Source: Nemertoderma westbladi (lineage: Eukaryota > Animalia > Xenacoelomorpha). Taken from it: 64,000 nt of DNA. Below, piece after piece: positions 1 through 9,900 of the stretch. Position numbers and translations under genes: made by a program. How positions within the stretch are numbered: the stretch's first letter is position 1; every line of letters starts with the position of its first letter. The stretch covers positions 79,671 to 143,670 of the forward strand of contig JAUCBJ010005741.1 of the NCBI GenBank assembly GCA_032718475.1, in the 5' to 3' direction. The notes beneath the pieces were generated by a model that saw nothing but the letters and a program-made list of their open reading frames with translations, ran no database searches and was not told the DNA's origin.

Positions 1-407
1 TTAGTGCAATATGTATTCGCGTTTATTACTTAATTACTTATATATTATATATTTAGTGCGACGGCGAGAAATAATTCTTTTTCTCTTTCCTTACTGTCCG
101 TATTACATTACAAATACGTAACTACAGTAAGATGAAATATCCGTACTTATTAAAGTACAATAAAGCCACTACTATATTCAAGTATTATTGGTAGGCAGAG
201 TATTAGGAATGCAAAGTTCAGATCCTCGTGTCTCGGCTAAACCAAGCTCTGGGTAGACCTTGGAAACGACTTGCCTCTTCACACTGACATTGCTTCGTGC
301 GATATTGCTCTCATACCGTATATTAAATAATACATATAGTAGCGTGATGTCCCTTTAACAGTAGCGTATAACGCAAAATAAATCTGTTAAACCCTTTGAC
401 CATCTGC

Positions 408-672
408 AATTCTAGTCGATTAAGATATCGTGGCACCCACCGATATACTTGAAAGACAAAATTCTAGAATCAGTGGTTAACGTCCCCAGACAAGTTCTGG
501 AATAAACTGGTGCCCATCCTAAATATTAATTATTAATATTTACAAAATCTGTCAAATATCAGATCCTTTAAAATTCTAGTCGATTAAGATATCGTAGCAC
601 TTACCGATACTCTTAAAAGGACAAAATTCCTAGAATCAAGGATCCCAGTCCCCAGACACGTTCTGGAATAAA
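408..672 (+). repeat. Two diverged copies (~100 bp core, ~165 bp period) of a stem-loop-forming element
   Basis: aattctagtcgattaagatatcgt...gtccccagaca(a/c)gttctggaataaa at 408-506 and 572-672; each copy has an internal inverted repeat. Confidence 0.85.
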
Positions 673-1490
673 ATTGTGTCTATTTTAATATTAAATAATA
701 AAATTTACGGGAATAAATTTAAATTCATATATTTCAATGAATTTAATAAATTGTCATTTTATACAATTTATAACATTCCCAAAATTCCATTAATTAATAG
801 ATCATGGGAGCGGAGATTCACTCTATTAAGTGTATTTGTGTGCGAGAATCTCCAATATAGTCAATAGCCGATAAAATTTATAAAATCATATATAGAGAGG
901 ATATTGACAATTAAAGAATTACTATTAAATAGCATCCCAGATCTGTATGCATGAGAATTACCCTAATTCTACCGCTAGCTTTCCATAATGTCACCATGGC
1001 AACAACCACGCTAGAATTAGAAGTGAGTTAAAGAACAATAGAAGGCTTGCCCCATTGAATAGCATAGGGAATAAATAGCGCACTGCTAGTATCCAAGGAT
1101 ACATAATAAATACAGTGACATTCTGGAAGGTACTGACTAACGGACAAATGGCCCGAATGTGTGCGGTTTATGGCAGTTGTGTTGAATTTGTGCGTTTGTA
1201 GGTGAATGTTACTACTAAGGTGTGTTTACAGTAGCGAGTCGCAATTGTGAAAGTAGCCCTAACTCTCCAGAAAGAACCTGTAGTACATCTAAGCCTTTGG
1301 GACGGACAGTGGAGTGACTTGTGCCGGTTATTGTTGTCGTTGTGTAGCTACATCGTTGGCGAAAGCACAGCGACGACGGTACATCGGCGCTGAGGATCTT
1401 ACACTGTCCGGGGGCAAAAGAGGGGTAGGCAGCGACGCCCGCTAGCCTAATATATAAACTCATTATAATATTGATAAACTCATAGCAGAT

Positions 1491-3542
1491 ATGACTGAGT
1501 TGATAGAAGATGATCTCGGTATTAGGGAGCGATATACTCTACCTTTACAAGCGTTTGTCGATAGCTTGATACGCGGCGACGCTGATCCAACTACTACGGA
1601 GGATGATGGTCGTTATATCGAACCGCCAATGTCCCAGGAGCAACTTACGCGTGAATTGGATTATAGAAAGTTCACCGCTCGCTATACGCATCGTAATGGT
1701 ACGTATATGGACTTCTTAACTACTGGCCATCCTATCGATTTACACGATACGGACGATGTAGACACCGAAAGGGAAATGGTTTTATTTAGATATCATACCC
1801 AGCGGAGTCGGAACGACAAACCGAGAATAGAACACGAGAACTCTATTCGAAACAAACTCGAAAGGGAAGACGTTGAAGAGCCGGATAAACGCAGCGACTT
1901 CAACGATTATCTGGAATTCCTGAGAGAGACATATCTCAATATTGCCAGTCAACAAAATCTCGAAACTCGATATCCCCAAGGTATACATCATGATCCTATG
2001 ATAGAACTCAAACGACTCTATTTCACTATGATGTATCTTACCGCCGATCGACCGCTACCTGTCGTCCCAGATAGCTTCGAACAGATGGAGGAATATTGTA
2101 AAACTGGAGAACAATCACCCGCGTTTCCCCTGCAGGACGTGCGTCTGTGGTATTACTGCGACGAATGCCCTAGACCCAATCAGCAAACGGAAAGACATAA
2201 ACATCCGCAGAGACATTGCGCTAAACACAGTTTTACCCGATATACTTATGGGAGTTTCGAGCGAAACCTGTTCGACGTATCCCCCTCGAACGGCTCGACT
2301 CAAACGATCCTTGAACAAACCAATGATCAGAGTTCCGGAATACTCGGTCAGACCTCCTCATTCCTCAGTTAGACCTCAGACTCTTGATCCTAATAGTATC
2401 ACGGATCCTCCCGAACTGTACTCACTGTTCAAAGATCTAGTGTTACCCGAACAGTTGATCGGTGGCACCCCGGTGGTAGGCTCACTAGATATTCGCCAAC
2501 CCTACCTAGCTGGATTGGGACGCGGTCATCTAATATCGCCGTTTAACCCATACAACCGTCGCGGCTTCACCTCGATCCAACCCGTTACGGAAGTCGAAGA
2601 GAGCGTCATACGAAACGCGCTAGACGCTATTCGGCAGAAAATCGGAAAGGGAACTTACGATTGTTTGGAGAAACGTAAATTACAACAACAAGTCCAAGCG
2701 GTGAAGGAATTAGCTTTACCCAGTTCGATAGAGAAACACAAAATCTCGAGGAGGACATCGAACGTGGACGAACCTACTCTTTACAAGAGTTCCTAGATGA
2801 GCGTCTACAACAACAAGCGGAGGAAAATCAGCTCGAGGAGAGACATATAGAACTGGATGAGAGAGAAGAAGCAGCTTTAGCTCAACCCGAAGCTCAAATC
2901 CTTATGACGGATCTCTACTCTAAAACCATCCTTCATCCCTCGATGGTTCCCCATTTCGGAGACAAACTCTTTGCGACGGCACAACCACAACCGGTTGATA
3001 TCAACCTAAGATCTCGAGATCTTATCGCTGACGCTCCCATGTTACAGCGTCCTCCCATCGAAGCCGCTCGTGTCGAGGGTATACTCGTTGAACCTCCGGA
3101 CAATAGAGCGGATCTTGTCCGTCGCATGGTACACGATGTTAACATATGCGCTAGACCTTTACCGGACTCGTTTTATGGGATCAAAGATCACCCTTATTAC
3201 GTTAACCTAACACAATATTACATGGTAAAACCGGAAGATCCTACACATAGTCTGAGGTTTTTGCCACTCATAAATCCTCTCGATCTTGTCGAACTCGAAC
3301 AACTGCATAAACATCTGGATCAGTTAGTTAAAGTAAACTCATTTCGAAAACCATATAATGTTTCCAGAATAGAGAAAGAAACAATACCTCCGTATAATCT
3401 TGATGGATTCATCAAAACTCGTTTAGTACACTGGAATCTTGACGTGTTATTCGAGGAGGAAAGAATACAACGATATGGAGATGTGGAAACATATACCACA
3501 CAATATTTAAAGTATAGAGACCTACCTAATGCTAGCGAATGA
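1491..3542 (+). pseudogene. Intronless ORF-A of unknown function, interrupted by two compensating frameshifts; probable retroelement cargo
   Basis: ATG at 1491, about 40 nt after TATATAAA (~1451). Reading frame 1491-2372 overlaps open frame 2248-2796, and the original frame reopens from 2679 (FDRETQNLEEDIER...EAQILM) to TGA 3540-3542. Contains CDEC-x16-CAKH (possible Zn site) and an acidic, coiled-coil-like stretch. Confidence 0.55.
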
Positions 3543-3548
3543 GCTACC

Positions 3549-5744
3549 TTGTGGCATCCTGTGGGAATGACTCTCGAAAACGCCACTAAAGAGTGGAATG
3601 AGACTCTTAACGTTATCGAGATGTATGGAGTTGTCACCTACGACAACGAAGGTAGCGTTCCGGTTGGAGAACTGGGAACTACGCGGATGATACACATACG
3701 AGGACTCGCTGGTTCTACCCACGTATTTACTCGAGCGTGTTCCGATGTGATTGATTATTCTTTTGAAACTCTTACTGAGACCCAAAAGAAACTCCGACAT
3801 GGACAATTCGAACTCGCGCAGCGTTATGTCACCGACACCGAGCGCAAACCGGCCATGGGTATCGATGGATCGATGTTACCCCAACCCGTGCTCGAGATGT
3901 TGTTTAACGAAAGAATCCTTAAAATCGGCTCGGCTGTTTATGGAGATCTACAAAACGACTTTCGGAATATGGAAAACATTCCATACCCTTTCGTTGATAC
4001 TCAGCTGATTGCTCCCTGGGCAGAAGGCCGAGGTTTCTTCCGCACTATGTATGCCAATACACCCAGCGGCATTACTAAAGTACAACGAACCTCCATTGGA
4101 CATCTTGCCTTTCAAGAATACGGATGGAATTTCAAGGTTGGAAATCCTATAAATTACCAACAAGTATATGGAGATCATTATTCTCGTTTATACTTTGATG
4201 GACCATTGACCGCACCTGGCGCCGTGTATAGCTTTATGAGTGTTCCACTTCGTCCCTCCTTAGCTATATACACGATATTTGAAAACGCAGCACTTGCCGG
4301 TTGGCTAGCCGATGTGTGCAGTCGTACCATACGCGCGCATCCATTAATACTTGGAACCAAACTCGCCAAGTTAGATGAACACAATAAATTCATCCGCTTC
4401 GAATGTTTCAGGCGCTTTCTGACTCCGTTCCGTAACGTTGATAGTCAGTTCAAGGACCGCGCTCTGACCAAACTCAGCCTAAGAGACTCAGCTGCGGAGA
4501 AGCTAAACAGCGCGGGATTTGCTCTCTTTCAGGACGTTTGTATACAGAACTTACATTCATCTGTTATACAAAGACCCCGAATACCCACAGGTTATTCTGT
4601 CGTGGAAGTTCAGACAGTGGGTCCGCTTGCGGAGACAGCCGCACCTACCTCAGCTATGCAATTGGAAGACGAACCAATATGCTTAGAATCTGAAGCGATC
4701 CAGCCTACAGCGCCCCGGAGCAGCGATAACGACTACGTCTTAGAGTGGTATCAAGGTCCACAATGTCTCACCGCACACGATTATCGACACGCTAACTATG
4801 TTTCTCGAAAACGTTGTCGATTATGCGCATCAAGAGACCATTTCACCCCTATGGACTCAGACGTACCCTGCTCCTATTTCCACGAACAACCGATGATGGA
4901 GATATATTGTGCGTATTGCAGACTTAATAACTCTCATATTTTTGCAGTCTGCCCCCAATTTATGACTCAATGCCACCACTGTCAACTTAAAGGACATGCC
5001 AGTTATAATTGCCCCTTTAATCGCGATTTAGAGAGCGTAGATGAGATGATTACCCTGCGCTACATCCGAGCTTGGGAAGCGAACGCGGATTTACATTGTG
5101 AGTCCCGCCATCGCTACTACCCTGGACGCTCTTACGAGGGAGTTTACGCGTTTCATCCTTATTTATTCGCGTCTGTGGAACAAAAAACACGCACACCGAG
5201 TTACGAACTAATGAAGCGTGTTGGTGAGTGTATTTCCACCAAATTTGTTCGAAAATACCTTAGGAACGTCAATCCTAACGATATTACTTCATACCATTTG
5301 ATCAATTACATCTGTCAAGACCCTGAGTATGGCGATTTATTTATCAACTCGTACCCTGAGTTACAGGAAGTATCTCGACGGCCCTATGAATATCGAGCCC
5401 GAGAACGCGAGCTGGAAAGAACCATTAAACCAAGGAAGTTTCTCACCACTCACGGTCCGCCTACCGCTGTTGTCCAGACGACCCGTCAAGGACCCATAGG
5501 AGCTGCTGTCCTAAGACGCGCCCTAAAGGCCGTTAGACCTCGCTCCACTGAAGTTGATATCGATCAACCAGGTACCTCAACCGGCGGATACACCGATCGT
5601 AATTCTACACCTTCTGATGCAATTGTATTGCACCCTTCACCCAGGAGTTACAGCCCTCCTAGTAAAGTGGCTCGCCCCAAAGAGAAAAGGACTCTTGCTA
5701 GCCTCAAAAAACTGCGTAAACGCCGTCCGCGTAAGAAAGACTAA
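3549..5744 (+). CDS. DEDDy-type 3'-5' exonuclease (WRN/EXD/mut-7/RNase D-like) fused to three CCHC zinc knuckles and a basic C-terminal NLS-like tail
   Basis: 731-codon intronless ORF (first ATG 3567). ExoI GVVTYDNEG (3642-3650); LFNERILKIGSAVYGDL resembles the WRN-exo LL.dp.ilKvG.....D motif; FVDTQ; SIGHLA; ExoIII-like IYTIFE. Knuckles CRLCASRDH..C, CAYCRLNNSHIFAVC, CHHCQLKGHASYNC (4815-5012); ends KKLRKRRPRKKD. Confidence 0.7.
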   Translation: MWHPVGMTLENATKEWNETLNVIEMYGVVTYDNEGSVPVGELGTTRMIHIRGLAGSTHVFTRACSDVIDYSFETLTETQKKLRHGQFELAQRYVTDTERKPAMGIDGSMLPQPVLEMLFNERILKIGSAVYGDLQNDFRNMENIPYPFVDTQLIAPWAEGRGFFRTMYANTPSGITKVQRTSIGHLAFQEYGWNFKVGNPINYQQVYGDHYSRLYFDGPLTAPGAVYSFMSVPLRPSLAIYTIFENAALAGWLADVCSRTIRAHPLILGTKLAKLDEHNKFIRFECFRRFLTPFRNVDSQFKDRALTKLSLRDSAAEKLNSAGFALFQDVCIQNLHSSVIQRPRIPTGYSVVEVQTVGPLAETAAPTSAMQLEDEPICLESEAIQPTAPRSSDNDYVLEWYQGPQCLTAHDYRHANYVSRKRCRLCASRDHFTPMDSDVPCSYFHEQPMMEIYCAYCRLNNSHIFAVCPQFMTQCHHCQLKGHASYNCPFNRDLESVDEMITLRYIRAWEANADLHCESRHRYYPGRSYEGVYAFHPYLFASVEQKTRTPSYELMKRVGECISTKFVRKYLRNVNPNDITSYHLINYICQDPEYGDLFINSYPELQEVSRRPYEYRARERELERTIKPRKFLTTHGPPTAVVQTTRQGPIGAAVLRRALKAVRPRSTEVDIDQPGTSTGGYTDRNSTPSDAIVLHPSPRSYSPPSKVARPKEKRTLASLKKLRKRRPRKKD

Positions 5745-5822
5745 CTGTTTAGAGTATTTTTATATTTTAGAAACTGTGATTTGTTATATTTTATAGACTA
5801 AAATCCCATTTTCTGGGAGCGG

Positions 5823-6486
5823 TGTAAAGGCTTTTGCGTAATTAGCCGGTTATTTTTCCCGTAAAGTACTCTGTAGTGGGTTTACCAGGCATAAAAGGCC
5901 GTGTCCTTACTGTATTGTTGTTTTAGAGGACATAAAAGTAATTTCTTCTGTATGTGTACTTTAGCGGACATAATCCGCAATTTTATGACGCAATAAGCCG
6001 GATCCTCTGGAAACAGTGTAGATACCATGACGACGGCTAACAGCTGATATTGCCACGTAGAACATCTCTTTGTTCTTTGTTCTCTCTTTGTCCGGTCGAC
6101 CAATCAGAGCGTTTTTTGCCTCTGTGTTGGAGATGGTATATAGAAACTAGGGAAGTGAGTCAGTATGTGATTTTTGTCCACAGCCTACAACACCGGCGTG
6201 GAACCTCCGTGTTTCAGTCTTTAGCATCAACATTAGTAGGCTTAATTATAGAACGTATATCCGTTATCTCAGTCACTCATAATTATTCATACCTTAACAT
6301 TACTGCTTTTGCTGTCAGTTATTCATTATATTTGTTGATGGAATATTATATTCGGAATACTGATAAACAATCAGACACCCCAATCTTCTTGATATACTAA
6401 AGGTTAGAGAGACCGGATACATATAACGATTGCGACTTACATTAAGTGGTTTGAAGTGAATCTAATGCTATTTTATAGGCCCTACA
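5823..6486 (+). mobile_element. Putative 3' LTR of an LTR retrotransposon (right end uncertain)
   Basis: ttttctGGGAGCGG (PPT-like) directly precedes TGTAAAGGC at 5823; CCAAT 6100, TATATAGAAA 6137, TCAGT initiator 6160; candidate end GGCCCTACA at 6486. No second LTR or gag/pol in the window. Confidence 0.5.
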
Positions 6487-6959
6487 CATATTGTCTGTTG
6501 TTCTCCTTATATGTGACTAAAATTAGTGAAGGTCGGCAGATTAGTGTGCAGCATTGTGCAGTATTGTGTATGATTGTCATTGATAACGAAGCATCTCCTA
6601 AAGAATGCGCCATATACGTGAATCTATAGCCATCCCGTTGTGTCTGGTTTAAGTCATAACTCTGTTTATATATTTAAAGCGCCACGTCCTAAAGGAACTG
6701 TTAATATTTCCCGAAAGTGAATAATATTTGTCAGAGATTATATATACTAAGATCAGTCGAATAATACAGTAGGCCTATCCCGCAATACGATTAGGCTTCC
6801 GAATCCAGTCTCCCGGGTATATCCAGCGGGTGAATGATCGCGCATAGACTGGTTTCGGCTAATGTAGTGTATCAAATATTTGTCGTAGGCTAAAGACTAT
6901 CTATTATCTAGAAGACATCCTAATTGGGCAGGTTAAACTGCTAAAGGTCTGAAAGCGCG

Positions 6960-9900
6960 AACAACCTGTGTGCCGACCGCAACCACGATAACATGTGTGC
7001 GGACCGCTAGCTAAAATGGTATCCCGTGTGCCCAATGCTACTATGGTAACCCGTGTGCCCAATGCTACTACGGTAACCCGTGTGCCGACTGGTACCACGG
7101 TTACCTATGTGCCAACCGCTACCATGGTAACCTATGTGCCGACTGCTACTGTGTGCCGACCGTTACCATGGTAACCTGTGTGCCAACCGCTAGTGTGTGC
7201 TGACTGCTACCACGGTAACCTATGTGCCGACTGCTACTGTGTGCCGACGGCTATTAGGGTAACCTGTGTGCCGACCGCTACCATGGTAACTCGTGTGTCG
7301 ACCGGCGGTAACCTGTGTGCCAACCGTTACCACGGTGACCTGTGTGCCGAACGCTACCACAGTAACCTGTGTGCCGACCGCTACCATGATAACCCATGTG
7401 CCGACCCAGGGTAACCCATGTGCCGACTGCTACCACAGTAACCTATGTGCTGACCGCTACTGATGCCAACCGCTACCACGGTAACCTGTGTGCCGACCGC
7501 TACCACAGGAACCTATGTGTTGACTGCTACTGTGTGCCGACCCCTACCACAGTAACTCGTGTGCCGACCCACCACGGTAACCTGTGTGCCGACCATAGTA
7601 CCCTGTGTGCCGACCGCTACCATGATAACCCATGTGCCGACCCACGGTAACCTGTGTGCCGACTGCTACCACAGTAACCTATGTGTCGACCGCTACTGTG
7701 TGTCGACTGCTACCACAGTAACTCGTGTGCCGATCAACCATGGTAACCTGTGTGCCGACCATGGTACCCTGTGTGCCGACCGCTACCACGGCAACCTGTG
7801 TGCTGACTGCTACCACGGTAACCCATGTGCCAACCCACGGTAACCCATGTGCTGACCCACGGTAACCTGTGTGCCGACCGCTACTGATGCCAACCGCTAC
7901 CATATGGTAACTCGTGTACCGACCGACGGTAACCTGTGTGCCGACTGCTACTGTGTGCTGACTGCTACCACGGTAACCTATGTGCCGACTGCTACTTTGT
8001 GCCGACTGCTACCATGGTAAACTGTGTGCCAACCGCTAGTGTGTGCCGACTGCTACCACGGTAACCTATGTGCCGACTGCTACTGTGTGCCGACCGTTAC
8101 CAGGGTAACCTGTGTGCCGACCGCTACCACGGTAACCCGTGTGTCGACTGGCGGTAACCTGTGTGCCAACCGCTACCACGGTAAACTGTGTGCCTACCAC
8201 TACCACGGTAACCCGTGTGCCGACCGCTACCACGGTAACCTATGTGCCGACCGCTACCACGGTAACCTGTGTGCCAACCGCAACCAAGGTAACATGTGTG
8301 CGGACCGCTACCACGGTAACCTGTGTGCCGACCCACGGTAACCTGTGTGCCGACCGCAACCACGGTAAACTGTGTGCCTACCACTACCACGGTAACCCGT
8401 GTGCCGACCGCTACCATGGTAACCTATGTGCCGACCGCTACCACGGTAACCTGTGTGTACCGCAACCACAGTAACATGTGTGCGGACCGCTAGCTACAAT
8501 GGTAACCCGTGTGCCGACCACCACGGTAACCCGTGTGCCGAATGCTACCACGGTAACCCGTGTGCCGACTGGTACCACGGTTACCTATGTGCCAACCGCT
8601 ACCATGGTAACCTGCGTTCCGACCGCTACTGTGTGCTGACTGCTACCACGGTAACCTATGTACTGACTGCTACTGTGTGCCGCTCGCTACCATGGTAACC
8701 TGTGTGCCAACCGCTAGTGTGTGCCGACTGCTACCACGGTAACCTATGTGCCGACTGCTACTGTGTGCCGACCGCTACCAGGGTAACCTGTGTGCCGACC
8801 GCTACCATTGTAACTCGTGTGTCGACCGGCGGTAACCTGTGTGCCAACCGCTACCACGGTAACCTCTGTGCCGAACGCTACCACAGTAACCTGTGTGCCG
8901 ACCGCTACCATGATAACCCATGTGCCGACCCAGGGTAACCCATGTACGACCCACGGTAACCTGTGTGCCGACTGCTACCACAGTATCCTATGTGCTGACC
9001 GCTACTGATGCCAACCGCTACCACAGTAACCTGTGTGCCGACTGCTACCACAGTAACCTATGTGTCGACTGCTACTGTGTGCCGACCGCTACCACAGTAA
9101 CTCGTGTGCCGACCCACCACGGTAACCTGTGTGCCGACCATGGTACCCTGTGAGCAGACCCCTACCATGATACCCCATGTGCCGACCCTGGGTAACCCAT
9201 GTGCCGACCCACGGTAACCTGTGTGCCGACTGCTACCACAGTAACCTATGTGTCGACCGCTACTGTGTGTCGACTGCTACCACAGTAACTCGTGTGCCGA
9301 CCCTGGGTAACCCTTGAGCCGACCACTGTAACCTGTGTGCCGACCGCTACCACGGTAACCTGTGTGCCGACCGCAACCATGGTAACCTGTGTGCCAACCG
9401 CTAGTGCGTGCCGACTGCTACCACGGTAACCTATATGCCGACTGCTACTGTGTGCCGACCGCTACCAGGGTAACCTGTGTGCCGACCGCTACCACGGTAA
9501 CCCGTGTGTCGACCGGCGGTAACCTGTGTGCCAACCGCTACCACGGTAACCCGTGTACCGACCGCTACCACGGTAACCTGTGTGCCGACAAAAGGTAACC
9601 TGTGTGCCGACCGCTACCACGGTAACCTGTGTGCCGACCCACGGTAACCTGTGTGCCGACCGCAACCACGGTAAACTGTGTGCCTACCACTACCACGGTA
9701 ACCCGTGTGCCGACCGCTACCACGGTAACCTATGTGCCGACCGCTACGACGGTAACCTGTGTGCGGACCGCTAGCTAAAATGGTATCCCGTGTGCCGACC
9801 GCTACGACGGTAACCTGTGTGCCAACCGCAACGACGGTAACATGTGTGCGGACCGCTAGCTACATTGGTAACCCATGTGCCGACCACCACGGTAACCCGT

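Noticed and set aside
408-672. Hammerhead ribozyme (as in Penelope/Terminon repeats)
   Set aside because: No CUGANGA core found on either strand by eye.
4815-5012. Gag nucleocapsid or Nanos gene
   Set aside because: Knuckle spacing does not match Nanos, and no capsid-like region, protease or RT follows; the knuckles come after an exonuclease-like domain.
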